Shown here: positions 17,731-27,707 of the stretch, in pieces
How the letters are laid out: the number at the start of each line of letters is the position of its first letter
Numbering within the stretch: position 1 is the first letter of the stretch
Source of the DNA: an uncultured Chloroflexia bacterium
GTDB lineage: Bacteria; Chloroflexota; Limnocylindria; Limnocylindrales; CSP1-4
Reading direction: 5' to 3'
NCBI GenBank assembly: GCA_963766735.1
Contig: CAVYBU010000006.1
Span: 88,929-152,928 of the forward strand
Length of the DNA stretch: 64,000 nucleotides
Notes under the pieces: model-generated
What the model was told of the DNA's origin: nothing
The model's database searches: none
Seen by the model: the letters and a program-made list of their open reading frames with translations, nothing else
Translations under genes and position numbers: made by a program

Positions 17731-17816
17731 GCCGGCGGCCGCCCAATGCTGCACGGGACAGCCCGGGTGGTCTGGGCGACCGGGGTCGTCAGCCGGGCCG
17801 GGAGGAACCTGATCGC

Positions 17817-18518
17817 ATGAGCACCGCGTTCCCGGGCTTTCGCCCAGAGGCGCTGGACTTCCTCGTGGAGCTGGCCCTCAACAACGATCGATCGTGGTTC
17901 GGGCCGCGCAAGGCCTCCTTCGAGGCGCTGCTCAAGCGGCCCCTCGAACAACTCTGCGCCGCGGTCAACCTGGAGTTTCTGGCCCGCGACCTCCCGCTCG
18001 CCGCGGATCCGGCCAGGTCCCCGTTCCGGATCTACCGGGACGTCCGGTTCGCCAAGGACAAGTCGCCGTACAAGACCAACGTGGGCGCGAGCTTCCCGTG
18101 GATCGGAGACGGCGGCGGGGTGGGCGGCTACTTCCACCTGGAACCGGGCGGCGTGTTCGTCGGGGGCGGGATGTGGCACCCGGCGCCGGCCCGGCTGGCG
18201 GCGTGGCGGAGCGCCGTCATCGCGGACCGGGGGAGCATCCATGCCGTGGTGGAGGACCCGGGGTTCGTGTCGGAGTTCGGCGCCGTGGACGGTGATCGCC
18301 TGAAGCGGGCCCCGAAGGGGTTCGCCCAGGACGACCCCGACATCGAGCTCCTGAAGCTGAAGGACGTGGTCTTCGGGCGCCCGCTCGCGGACGCGGACGT
18401 GATGGGGTCAGACCTGCCGGCGAAGATCGCGGACACCCTGGTCCACGCCACGCCCCTGCTGCGCCTCCTGGCCGGCCTGCCGGGCCACGAGACGGACGCG
18501 AGGTGGCTCCGGGACTGA
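17817..18518 (+). CDS. DUF2461 / TIGR02453-family protein
   Basis: FRIYRDVRFAKDKSPYKT...GGYFHLEPGGVFVGGGMW signature; GGGAGGAA RBS. Confidence 0.8.
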   Translation: MSTAFPGFRPEALDFLVELALNNDRSWFGPRKASFEALLKRPLEQLCAAVNLEFLARDLPLAADPARSPFRIYRDVRFAKDKSPYKTNVGASFPWIGDGGGVGGYFHLEPGGVFVGGGMWHPAPARLAAWRSAVIADRGSIHAVVEDPGFVSEFGAVDGDRLKRAPKGFAQDDPDIELLKLKDVVFGRPLADADVMGSDLPAKIADTLVHATPLLRLLAGLPGHETDARWLRD

Positions 18519-18538
18519 TTCCGGTCGGGGTCGCGAGG

Positions 18539-19364
18539 TCAGCTGTCGATCGCGCGGTTGACCCAGTGCGCCGGCCGGGTGAGCGCCGGTGAGAGCCGGG
18601 TCCCGGGATTGCCGCTGGCGGCCTCGAGCTGGGATTGCGTCACGAACAGGGCGCCGCGCAGATCCGCGCCGGCAAGGTTCGCGCCGCGCAGGTCAGCGCC
18701 CGCGAGATCGGCCTTCCCCAGCTTGGCGCCGCGGAGGTCGGCCCCGATGAGCATCGCCCCGCGCAGGTTCGCACCCCGCAGGTCCTGGCCGCGGAGGTCG
18801 ACCCCGGCCAGATCGGCGCCCCGTTTGTCCGGCGCGCTGCGGCTGGTCGCCGGACCCGGCCCCCGCCCGCACCAGCTCGCTGGCCTTCCCCAGGAGCGCG
18901 CCGATCGCCTCCCGGCGGCCTGCCACGTCCACGGCCAGCAGGGCATCGGCCGGCTCCTCAGCCAGCGACTCGACCTCGTCCAGCGCCACCCGCAGCTCGG
19001 GGTGGATCGGGTGGGCCGCCGCCAGCGCCAGCGCTTCGGTCAGATACCAGGCCAGCTCGTGGAGCTGGCGCATGACCGTGAAGGCGTCGAACATGGGCTC
19101 GGCCAACTCAGGCGAGCGTCGCCAGTCCTTTTCGGCAAACGTGGCCTGGGCCAGGTGCTGGCCCGCCCCAAAGCAGTCGTAGGCGACACAGCCCGGGAAG
19201 CCCGCCACCCTGAGGCGGGCGTGGATCCGGCACCCGAAGTCGGGCCCCAGGTTGGGGCAGGCCTCCCCCACAGGCTTGTCGATGGCGAAGTCCGCGGATG
19301 CCGCGAAGGCCAGCGCGACGCAGCACAGCCCGACGCAGCGGCTGCAGTCCGCGCGAAGCTCCAA
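18539..19364 (-). pseudogene. Pentapeptide-repeat protein with a Cys-rich N-terminal domain; frames shift in a C/G run near 18855-18870
   Basis: N-terminal domain MELRADCSRCVGLCCVALAFAASADFAIDK...[15 protein letters not shown] in frame 2. [33 protein letters not shown] repeats in frame 1. The junction lies at the gcgggcgggggccggg run. Confidence 0.65.
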
Positions 19365-19373
19365 CGCCGGGGC

Positions 19374-19676
19374 CTACTCGCGCTCGTCGATCAGCAGCCG
19401 GACCCGCTTGCGGTTGTGGCCCATCGAGTCCGCCGCGACCGCCTTGCCGATCTCCGTGGCATAGGCCGCCTCGAAGTCCGCCTGCGTGTCGAACCAGAGC
19501 TCGGAGATGCCGTCGATCCCGCTCTCGGCGGGGTCAGCATCCACGATGTTGACGACCATCTTCCGCAGGCCCGGCAGCTGCAGGGCGAGCGGCCGGTGCT
19601 CCTCCAGCCACCAGCGGCGGAAGTCGTCGGGTGTCATGTCCTCGCGACGACTGAGCAGGATCATGGCCTTGAACAC
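19374..19676 (-). CDS. EthD-domain protein
   Basis: About 100 aa; MFKAMILLSRREDMTPDDFRRWWLEEHRPLA is the EthD-type N-terminus. Confidence 0.65.
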   Translation of the reverse strand: MFKAMILLSRREDMTPDDFRRWWLEEHRPLALQLPGLRKMVVNIVDADPAESGIDGISELWFDTQADFEAAYATEIGKAVAADSMGHNRKRVRLLIDERE

Positions 19677-19685
19677 GGTGCTCTC

Positions 19686-20246
19686 CTAGGCAGGCTTGCG
19701 GACCCGGGCGTTCGGCCGGCCGCCGGCGCTCAGGACCAGGGCGATGACGATCTCGTCCGGGCGCGGTGCGTCCGGGATGGCGACGTCGACGGCGTCCATG
19801 TCGTCGAAGACCCATCGGTCGTCCTTGTTGCCGATGGGCATCGTGATGGAGGCACCGGGCCCCGCGACCTTCTTGGTGCCCGGGATGATGTCGGCGCCGC
19901 CACCGATGGCCGCCCTGACCGGCGCCCCGAAGCGCGGGTGGAGGACTGCGGCCGTGTGCTCGCGATCGCCGTCGATCCCCACGATGGCGCCCTTGCCGTA
20001 CCCGCGGACGTCCGCCGGGGCCAGGCCGACCGACGCCAGGACGGCCAGGGCGCGCTCGACCAGCAGGCCGGCCGCGTCACGGCCAAGGTCTTCCAGCTCG
20101 CCGAGGTCCTCCACGCGGCCACGGCCGGCCAGCGGGTTCCGGACTGCGATCGCGGCGGTCGCCACCGTCGTGGGCGGGTCAACCTCCGCGCCGGCCTCCA
20201 CGAGCGTCTGCTGCACGGCCGCCACGATGACCCGCACTCCGTCCAC
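19686..20246 (-). CDS. Amino-acid-synthesis family protein (PF06684-like)
   Basis: GYGKGAIVGIDGDREHTAAVLHP...IIPGTKKVAGPGASITMPIGNKDD conserved block. Confidence 0.65.
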   Translation of the reverse strand: MDGVRVIVAAVQQTLVEAGAEVDPPTTVATAAIAVRNPLAGRGRVEDLGELEDLGRDAAGLLVERALAVLASVGLAPADVRGYGKGAIVGIDGDREHTAAVLHPRFGAPVRAAIGGGADIIPGTKKVAGPGASITMPIGNKDDRWVFDDMDAVDVAIPDAPRPDEIVIALVLSAGGRPNARVRKPA

Positions 20247-20361
20247 GATTGGCTCCTTTCGATCCGATTCCGGCGGGCGACCGTCCGTCGCGTCACCTCT
20301 ACTGTAGGGGCGCGGCCGGCGCGGCGGGCCCCGGAGCCGGCGCCCTCCCGGGCCGGCAGCC

Positions 20362-20832
20362 TCAGGGCCGTGTGGGAATGCGGTAGAGGAAGACCGCCAC
20401 GATCAGTCCGGTCACGCCGAGCGCCCCGCGCAGCAGGAGGCCGTCCACCAGAAGGATCGACACGCCGAACGACAGCGCGACCACGGCCAGCGCCCGGACG
20501 CGCACTCCGGGCGGCAGCGAGCGCGACGTGCGCCACTCCGTGATGATCGGCCCGAGGGAACGCTGGCCGACGAGCCAGCCATACAGGCGATCCGACGCCC
20601 GCGCATAGCAGGCTGCGGCCAGCAGCAGGAACGGCGTGGTCGGCAGGACAGGAAGGACGATCCCCAGCACGCCGATGACCAGGGACACGGTCCCGACCGT
20701 CACGAGGATCACGCGCAGGGGAAGCGACGCGCGGTCTGGCGGCCCGAGATCGACCGGTGAGGTGCCGGGATCGCCGGGGCACGGCGTCGGGCTCGGCGTC
20801 GGATCGGGAGTCTGGGGGTCCGACAGGTGCAT
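20362..20832 (-). CDS. DUF454 / YbaN-family inner-membrane protein
   Basis: RVILVTVGTVSLVIGVLGIVLPVLPTTPFLLLAAACYARASDRLYGWL motif. The upstream part of the 509-aa ORF is rejected. Confidence 0.7.
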   Translation of the reverse strand: MHLSDPQTPDPTPSPTPCPGDPGTSPVDLGPPDRASLPLRVILVTVGTVSLVIGVLGIVLPVLPTTPFLLLAAACYARASDRLYGWLVGQRSLGPIITEWRTSRSLPPGVRVRALAVVALSFGVSILLVDGLLLRGALGVTGLIVAVFLYRIPTRP

Positions 20833-21129
20833 CGCATAAGGATGCCCTGCCGTGGCGCCGGCGTCGCCCCACCCGAACCGGCGAGCACAGTGATCGCGAC
20901 CCGGGGCGACCCGCCAGGTCGGGCTGGCGTTCGCGTTTCGGGACCCCGGACCGGTCAGGCCGACCGGGCCCTCCGGTCGAGATCGATGGCTCTCCTCGCG
21001 TCCCGCCGCGGCTGAGATGCTTGATCCGGCCCAGCCGGCCTCCTGAACGCGGCCGCTAGCGCCCGCGCCCGGACGGACCAGCCCAGGTCGAGCATGGTTC
21101 CGGACGCGCACGGAGAGGAGTAGACGGCC

Positions 21130-22044
21130 GTGAAGATCATCGTCGCGGTCGACGGCTCGCCGCAGGCCAGTCTGGCGGTCGCCTGGATGGCGCAGATGCC
21201 GCTGACGGACGCAGATGAGATCCTCGTGACCTCGGTCGCCGAACGACCGGTGATCATCGGGGCCTGGGGATCTGCGTACCACGAGGGGTACGAGACGATC
21301 ACCCCAGAGATGCTGGCCTCGAACCGGGCTGCTGCGCAGCGAGCTGCGGATACGGCCGCCGCGGTCCTGTCCCCTGGAGCATGTCCGGTGAAGGTCCTGG
21401 TCCGGGAGGGGCATCCCATCGAGGAGCTCCTTGCGGCCATCGCGGAGGCCGGTGCGGACCTGATCGTCGTCGGCCCTCACGGCCACGGCGCGCTCGAGAC
21501 GATCCTCCTGGGCAGCGTGTCCCAGGCGCTGCTCCATGCCATGGCGACCTCCGTGCTCGTCGCCCGGGAGCCCATCGGTGCCCCGCGGCGCATCCTGCTG
21601 GCATCGGATGGTTCGACGCACAGCCTGGCGGCGGCTCGGTTCGTCGCGCAGCTCCCGCTCGCGGCCGACGTGAGGATCGACGTGCTGGTGGTGATCGATC
21701 GCTGGCCGCCGGCGCACGCGGATGACAAGGTCGTCGTCCCCGATGCGTTCGCCGCGGTCCAGCAGACCAGCTTGGAGGAGATCATCCAGGACACGGTCGG
21801 GGTCCTCGAGGCCGGCGGCAGGACCGGGGTACCGGTCATCCGGCACGGCAACGCCAAGCGGGAGATCCTGACCGCGGCGAGGGATCTCCACAGCGACCTC
21901 GTCGTGACCGGAGCCCGGGGTGTCGGCGGCTTCCGCGGCCTCCTGCTCGGGAGCGTCTCGCGCGCCGTCGGCAAGGCAGCACCGTGCTCGACACTGGTGG
22001 TGTGCGAGGAGAGCGCGTCACGCACGGCGGACGAGCCGGGGTGA
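21130..22044 (+). CDS. Tandem universal stress protein (two UspA domains)
   Basis: Two repeats of the ...VAVDGS.../...LASDGS... and GSVS/GSVSRAV USP motifs; GGAGAGGAG RBS. Confidence 0.85.
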   Translation: MKIIVAVDGSPQASLAVAWMAQMPLTDADEILVTSVAERPVIIGAWGSAYHEGYETITPEMLASNRAAAQRAADTAAAVLSPGACPVKVLVREGHPIEELLAAIAEAGADLIVVGPHGHGALETILLGSVSQALLHAMATSVLVAREPIGAPRRILLASDGSTHSLAAARFVAQLPLAADVRIDVLVVIDRWPPAHADDKVVVPDAFAAVQQTSLEEIIQDTVGVLEAGGRTGVPVIRHGNAKREILTAARDLHSDLVVTGARGVGGFRGLLLGSVSRAVGKAAPCSTLVVCEESASRTADEPG

Positions 22045-22243
22045 CCGGATGCATCGACCGGCGGATGCGCGGTGGCCCCAGCGGCGTCGGGCCGGCATGA
22101 CCACGCGCCCGGTCACGTCGGTGGCGGTGGCTCGTCTCCGTCGCCGCCGGGGCCATGAGGCTGGCTCCGAAGAGGTCGCTCGCCATCTGGCGGCCTCGGT
22201 CCTCGTCGTTCGCCCGGCATAGCACAGGGCGGGAGGGTTGCGA

Positions 22244-22402
22244 ATGGCCTCCCCGGCCGCCGTCCGGATCGGCGCCGACGACCCCGGCGTCGGCGACCCG
22301 TCCGGCAGCACTCGCTCCAGCATCACGATCCTGCGCGTGGCGATCGTCGTCCTGGTCACGTCCGTCGTCCTGCTCGCTGAAATCCGGAGGTCCAGCCGGT
22401 GA
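22244..22402 (+). CDS. Candidate 52-aa single-TM peptide, translationally coupled (GTGA overlap) to the downstream P-type ATPase
   Basis: GGGAGGG RBS 7 nt upstream of the ATG at 22244; [52 protein letters not shown]; high GC3; its stop overlaps the ATPase GTG start; not in the ORF track. Confidence 0.35.
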   Translation: MASPAAVRIGADDPGVGDPSGSTRSSITILRVAIVVLVTSVVLLAEIRRSSR

Positions 22403-25083
22403 CGAGCGCGACGATCGACCAGAGCGCAGCGCCGGCTCGTCCGTGGACGGTCGATGCATCGGTCGTCGCTGCGGCGCTCGCGACTGACGCCACGCGTGGG
22501 CTGACCGGTGCCGATGCCGCCGATCGCCTCGTTCGCTTCGGACCCAACGAGCTGGTGGAGCGCGCCGGCAAGCCGACGTGGCGCCTGTTCGTCGAGCAGT
22601 TCACCAACACAATGATCGTGGTGCTCATCATCGCCGCGATCGTCACGGCGATGATCGGCGACCTCAAGGACACCTTCGTCATCCTCGCCATCGTCGCGCT
22701 CAACGGGGTCATCGGCTTCGTCCAGGAGCATCGTGCCGAGCAGGCGATGGCGGCGCTCAAGCAGATGACGAGCCCGTCCGCGCGCGTCGTGCGCGACGGC
22801 GAGGTTCTCGTCGTCCGGGCTGCCGATCTGGTGCCCGGCGATGTCGTCCAGCTCGAGACGGGTGACATCGTCGCGGCCGACCTGCGGCTCAACGGGTCCG
22901 CAGCCCTCCAGATCAACGAGGCTGCGCTGACCGGCGAGTCCGAGCCTGCCGCCAAGGTGGTCGCAGCCCTCCCCGATGTCACCGAGGCGCTGCTCGCCGA
23001 CCAGCGGAACATGGCTTTCAAGGGAACCGCGGTGACCTACGGCAGGGGCGCCGGCATCGTCGTGACGACCGGCATGGCGACTGCCCTGGGACGGATCGCC
23101 GACCTGATGCAGCAGCGGCCGGCTGGGATCACGCCCCTGCAGCGGCGGCTCTCGACGTTGGGCAAAGGGCTGGCCGCGGCGGCGCTGGCCGTCTGCGCGA
23201 TCGTCTTCGTGGCAGGCGTGGCGCGAGGGGAATCCGTCGAGCTGATGTTCCTCACCGCCGTGAGCCTTGCGGTGGCGGCGATCCCTGAGGCGCTCCCGGC
23301 CGTCGTAACGGTGTCGCTCGCCCTCGGAGCACAGCGGATGGTCGCCCGCCGAGCCATCACCCGCAAGCTGCCGGCCGTTGAGACGCTGGGATCCGTGAAC
23401 GTCGTCTGTTCGGACAAGACGGGCACCCTCACCCAGAACCGCATGATCGTCGAGCGCGTCTGGACGCCCGTGGCCGAGTACAGCGTGGATGGCGTGGGCT
23501 ACGAGCCGGCTGGATCGATCACGGGAGAGGCTGACCCGGGAGGCGATGGCATCCTGTCGCACCTCGCCCTCGTGGCAGCGGCATGCAATGACGCAAGCCT
23601 CCACGGCCCAACGCGGAGTGGTGACCCGTGGACGATCACCGGCGATCCCACCGAGGGAGCGCTGCTGGCCCTTGCCGGCAAGCTGGGCGTCACCCGCGAG
23701 GACATCAACACTCGGTTGCCGCGCGTTTCCGAGGTCCCCTTCGACGCCACAAGGCGTCGCATGTCGACGCTCAATCGCCGAGAAGGCGGGGTGTGGGTGG
23801 CGATCAAGGGCGGCGTCGACGCCCTCGCGCCGCTCGGGCGGGACGTGGATCGCGACGCCTGGGATCTGGCGCAGGCTGCCGCCGATCGCTACGCAACCGA
23901 GGGCTACCGGGTGCTCGCGCTCGCCGAGCGGAACCTTGACGAGGTCCCCGGCGATCCGGCGAGCGCAGAAGCGGAGATCATGCTGCTCGGGCTGGTGGCG
24001 TTGGCCGACCCTCCGCGCGCCGAGTCGGCTGATGCGGTTGCCGCGGCACGAGCGGCAGGGATCACGCCTGTGATGATCACGGGCGATCATGCCCTGACCG
24101 CGCAGGCAATCGCCCGACGGGTCGGAATCCTGGCCGGGAGTGGCAGGGCCCTGACCGGGGTGGAGCTCGAGCTGCTCGATGAGGCGGCGTTCGACCGGAT
24201 CGTCGGCGACGTCGCCGTGTACGCCCGGACCAACCCGGAGCAGAAGCTGCGGATCGTCGACGCCTGGAAGCGGCATGGTGCCGTCGTCGCGATGACCGGC
24301 GATGGCGTCAACGATGCCCCTGCCCTCAAGCGGGCCGACATCGGGGTGGCGATGGGCATCACCGGGACCGCGGTGGCCAAGGAGGCCGCCGACATGGTCC
24401 TCGCGGACGACAACTTCGCGACGATCATTGCCGCGGTGGAGGAGGGGCGCCGGATCTACGACAACATCCGCCGCTTCGTCCGGTACGCCCTGACGGGCAA
24501 CTCGGCCGAGATCTGGGTCATGTTCCTGGCCCCGTTTGCGGGCCTCCCGATGCCTCTCCTGCCGGTGCACATCCTGTGGATCAACCTCGTGACGGACGGC
24601 CTGCCGGGGCTCGGTCTGAGCGTCGAACCGGCCGAGCGGGACACGATGCGGCGGCCTCCCCGCCCGATGAGCGAGTCGATCTTCGCCCGGGGCCTGTGGC
24701 AGCACGCACTGCTGGTCGGGCTCCTGATGGGCGGGGTGTGCCTGGGCGTGCAGGCCGCGGCGATCGGGCTGGGCGGTCACTGGCAGACGATGGTGTTCTC
24801 GACGCTTGCCTTCCTCCAGCTCGGCCTTGCCCTTGCCGTGCGCTCTGAGACGCAGAGCTTCATGGCCCTCGGCTGGCGTACCAACCTGCCGCTCGCGCGG
24901 GCGGTCATCGCCACGGTCGCGATTCAGCTCGCGATCATCTATGTCCCGCCGCTGCAGCCGATCTTCGAGACTGAGGCTCTCGCTCCTGGCGAGCTCGCGG
25001 CCATGCTGGCGGCGTCGTCGATCGGGTTCATCGCGGTCGAGACCCACAAGTGGGCGATCCGCCGCCGGACGCGCGTCGGGTGA
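22399..25083 (+). CDS. Cation-transporting P-type ATPase, type II (second PMCA-like paralogue)
   Basis: DKTGTLT, TGES and [20 protein letters not shown] motifs; GTG start with GGAGG RBS. Confidence 0.9.
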   Translation: MTSATIDQSAAPARPWTVDASVVAAALATDATRGLTGADAADRLVRFGPNELVERAGKPTWRLFVEQFTNTMIVVLIIAAIVTAMIGDLKDTFVILAIVALNGVIGFVQEHRAEQAMAALKQMTSPSARVVRDGEVLVVRAADLVPGDVVQLETGDIVAADLRLNGSAALQINEAALTGESEPAAKVVAALPDVTEALLADQRNMAFKGTAVTYGRGAGIVVTTGMATALGRIADLMQQRPAGITPLQRRLSTLGKGLAAAALAVCAIVFVAGVARGESVELMFLTAVSLAVAAIPEALPAVVTVSLALGAQRMVARRAITRKLPAVETLGSVNVVCSDKTGTLTQNRMIVERVWTPVAEYSVDGVGYEPAGSITGEADPGGDGILSHLALVAAACNDASLHGPTRSGDPWTITGDPTEGALLALAGKLGVTREDINTRLPRVSEVPFDATRRRMSTLNRREGGVWVAIKGGVDALAPLGRDVDRDAWDLAQAAADRYATEGYRVLALAERNLDEVPGDPASAEAEIMLLGLVALADPPRAESADAVAAARAAGITPVMITGDHALTAQAIARRVGILAGSGRALTGVELELLDEAAFDRIVGDVAVYARTNPEQKLRIVDAWKRHGAVVAMTGDGVNDAPALKRADIGVAMGITGTAVAKEAADMVLADDNFATIIAAVEEGRRIYDNIRRFVRYALTGNSAEIWVMFLAPFAGLPMPLLPVHILWINLVTDGLPGLGLSVEPAERDTMRRPPRPMSESIFARGLWQHALLVGLLMGGVCLGVQAAAIGLGGHWQTMVFSTLAFLQLGLALAVRSETQSFMALGWRTNLPLARAVIATVAIQLAIIYVPPLQPIFETEALAPGELAAMLAASSIGFIAVETHKWAIRRRTRVG

Positions 25084-25088
25084 CCCCC

Positions 25089-25112
25089 GTCCGGCGCGCC
25101 CAGCGCCCGGAC
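25089..25112. terminator. Inverted repeat between convergent genes (gtccgg...ccggac)
   Basis: 6-bp stem with a GC loop in the 93-bp convergent intergenic spacer. Confidence 0.2.
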
Positions 25113-25176
25113 CCATGACGGGCCAGCCCGTCGGTCAGTGCGGAAGGGGAGCAGGCCCGGTCAACCGCCGCGTCGA

Positions 25177-26130
25177 TCAGCCAAACGGAACGGTCCGTCC
25201 GAGGCCACGTTCCACGGCTCGATCGTAGGCGAGCGCACCCAGCGCCACGTCGTCCATGGCAATGCCAAGGTGCATCAGCACGCTCCGCTTGTCGGCGGGG
25301 ATCGCAAGGCGACCGGCCACGATGTCCGCCAGCTCGCCGTGAGGCTCCGGGAAGCCCGCAAAGTTCTCGTGGAACGTGGAGCGGTACTGCCCCAGGTCGT
25401 CCACTGCGTACAGCGCCGCCGCGTGGGCTGCCGCGGGCGCGAGCGCGTCGTCGTAGTCGAGCGGCAGGAGCACGGCATCGGCCTCGGTGCCCTCGCCCGT
25501 GAGGCGCCCCTCGCCGAGAGAGACCGTTATGGCCGTGACCACGACATCCGCACCGTCCAGCGCCGCCTCCGGGGTGGGCGCGGCGAACGTCCGCCGGTCG
25601 CCGGCCAGCGCAAGGAGCGCGTCCGTCGCCACGGGGGCGCGGTCGTAGGCCCGGATCTCCTCGATCTCGGGGCGCTCTGCCAGGATCACGTCGAGGTTGC
25701 GCCGGCCCTGCGCGCCGCAGCCGACCATCCCGAGCCGCCTGGCACGCCGCGGCACGTGCCGGAGCGCGACACCGGTGACACCCGCGGTGCGGATCTCCGT
25801 GATCCAGGCACCGTCCATCACGGCCAGCGGGCGCCCGGTGGCGGCATCGGTGAGCAGGAACACGCCGTAGATGTACGGCAGGCCAAGAGCGCGGTTGCTC
25901 TCGTATCCCGCGACCCACTTGATGCCGGCGCGGTCCGAGCCGCCAAGGTAGGCGGGCATCGCGTTGATGAAGGATTCCGGGCGCGGGTGTATCGCCGGCT
26001 TGGGCGGGTTCTGGACGTACCCGGCCGCCTTCTGGCGGAACGCGTCCTCGAGCACGTCCACGACATCCGCCCAGCCGATGTCGAGCGCCTCGAGGTCCGC
26101 GCGGCCCAGGATCAGGAGTTCGTCGGGCAT
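25177..26130 (-). CDS. Ornithine cyclodeaminase / mu-crystallin family protein
   Basis: LILGRADLEALDIGWADVVDVLEDAF...GMVGCGAQGRRNLDV Rossmann and OCD motifs. The start is taken at the internal Met of the 386-aa ORF. Confidence 0.8.
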   Translation of the reverse strand: MPDELLILGRADLEALDIGWADVVDVLEDAFRQKAAGYVQNPPKPAIHPRPESFINAMPAYLGGSDRAGIKWVAGYESNRALGLPYIYGVFLLTDAATGRPLAVMDGAWITEIRTAGVTGVALRHVPRRARRLGMVGCGAQGRRNLDVILAERPEIEEIRAYDRAPVATDALLALAGDRRTFAAPTPEAALDGADVVVTAITVSLGEGRLTGEGTEADAVLLPLDYDDALAPAAAHAAALYAVDDLGQYRSTFHENFAGFPEPHGELADIVAGRLAIPADKRSVLMHLGIAMDDVALGALAYDRAVERGLGRTVPFG

Positions 26131-26236
26131 GGGTGGTGCGCCTCCGCGCTGCTGGCGATGAACAGGGGGAGTATCGGTGCCGGGGTATCGAAGTGGGCGA
26201 CCGCACCGACGTGTGTGGAAGGCGTGCGTCGCGTCA

Positions 26237-27547
26237 TCACGCGGGGTCCGGCGGCGCGGCCTCGCCGGCAGCGGCCGCCGCCTGCGCCTTCGCCATGTCC
26301 AGCCGGGCGAACTCGGGCATCGCGAGGGCGATCGCACCCAGGCCCAGCAGCGAGAGGACGCCGCCGGAGACGACGGAGAACTGCGTCCCCATGACCGCCG
26401 CGACGGCGCTCGCCTCAGCGTCCCCGATCCGCGGCCCGCCCGTCACGACGAGGATGTGGATCGAGCTGACCCGGCCGCGCAGTGCGTCCGGGGTCACCAG
26501 CTGGACGATCGCGCTCCGCAGGATGGCGCTGAACACGTCGGCACCGGCGGCAATGGCGAGGAACAGCAGCGCGAGCGGGAAGCTGAACGTCGCGAGCCCG
26601 AAACCCACGATCCCCAGGCTCCAGACCGCCACCGCGATCAGCACCGCCCGTCCCGGCCGGCGAACGCTCGACGTCCAGCCGCTGAAGATTGCCGCCAGGA
26701 ACGCACCGAGACCGACGGCGGAGGACATGAAGCCCACCCCTGCGGGTCCCACGCGGAACACGTCGAGAGCCAGGGGCGCGAACAGCGAACGCGGGGACCC
26801 GAACACCATCGCGTTGATGTCGACGAGGATGGTTGCCAGAACCTCTCGCCGGCTGCGGGCATACCGCAATCCCTCCGTCACCGTCCGCAGGCTTGGCCGG
26901 GCGGCCCCAGCTGCGGGCGGGATGGGCGCGATCATCAGGACGGCGATGATCGCCGCCCCGTAGGTGACGAGATCGATGAAGTAGGCGGCCCCGATGCCCG
27001 CCGTCGCCAGCACGATGCCACCGATCGCCGGCCCGATCACGGCCGCGCCGTTGAACACCAGCTGGTTCATCGAGATAGCCGCCGGGAGGCGCTCGGGGGG
27101 AACCAGCCGCGGGATGGCCGACGCACGCGCCGGCTGGTCCACGGCGCCGAGGCCGGCCGCGGCGAACGCAACCGCGTAGAGCGCGAGGACCGGCGGCGCG
27201 GGCAACGTCGCCAGCAGGACCAGGGCGAGGCTCGTCGTCGCCAGCCCCAGCTGCGTGATGAGGAGCAGGCGGCGCCGGTCCACCGCATCGGCGACCGCGC
27301 CGCCACCCAGCGCGAACAGCATGATCGGGACCAGCTGGACCAGCGACAGCACGCCCAGGGACCACACGTCGGACGTCAGGACGTAGATCTGGTAGGGCAG
27401 GACGACCGTCGTGATCATCCGGCCGGCAACGCTGATCGCCTGGCCGATCCACAGCATCCGGTAGTCGCGGTCGAGGCGGAGCGGCGCGGGATCGGCGAGC
27501 AGGCTCCCGATGCGGCGGGGCGGACGGGGCGGACGAGTGACCGTCAC
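26237..27547 (-). CDS. MFS transporter (EntS-like exporter family)
   Basis: 12-TM MFS pattern; MLWIGQAISVAGRMITTVVLPYQIYVLT N-terminus. Confidence 0.8.
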   Translation of the reverse strand: MTVTRPPRPPRRIGSLLADPAPLRLDRDYRMLWIGQAISVAGRMITTVVLPYQIYVLTSDVWSLGVLSLVQLVPIMLFALGGGAVADAVDRRRLLLITQLGLATTSLALVLLATLPAPPVLALYAVAFAAAGLGAVDQPARASAIPRLVPPERLPAAISMNQLVFNGAAVIGPAIGGIVLATAGIGAAYFIDLVTYGAAIIAVLMIAPIPPAAGAARPSLRTVTEGLRYARSRREVLATILVDINAMVFGSPRSLFAPLALDVFRVGPAGVGFMSSAVGLGAFLAAIFSGWTSSVRRPGRAVLIAVAVWSLGIVGFGLATFSFPLALLFLAIAAGADVFSAILRSAIVQLVTPDALRGRVSSIHILVVTGGPRIGDAEASAVAAVMGTQFSVVSGGVLSLLGLGAIALAMPEFARLDMAKAQAAAAAGEAAPPDPA

Positions 27548-27707
27548 GGAGCCGCGTCGGAACCGACGAGGCTGCTGAGCACCATGTCGGACGTCCCTCC
27601 ATCGCGAACCCGGCCGCGCTCCCGGGGGACCGCGCCGCTGGAGTCAAGTCTCCCCCCGCCGGCCGGTTCTCGCCCGCCGACCGGGCACGAGCCCGCAGCA
27701 TGATTCG

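Noticed and set aside
20833-21129. DosR-type palindrome in the USP upstream region
   Set aside because: Only partial GGGACC half-sites were found by eye. They are not convincing without a formal motif search.
20833-21891. N-terminal 350 aa of the 509-aa ORF containing the YbaN domain
   Set aside because: Only the last 156 aa resemble DUF454. The upstream part is Arg/Pro-rich and overlaps the well-supported USP gene on the other strand. An internal ATG at 20832 fits.
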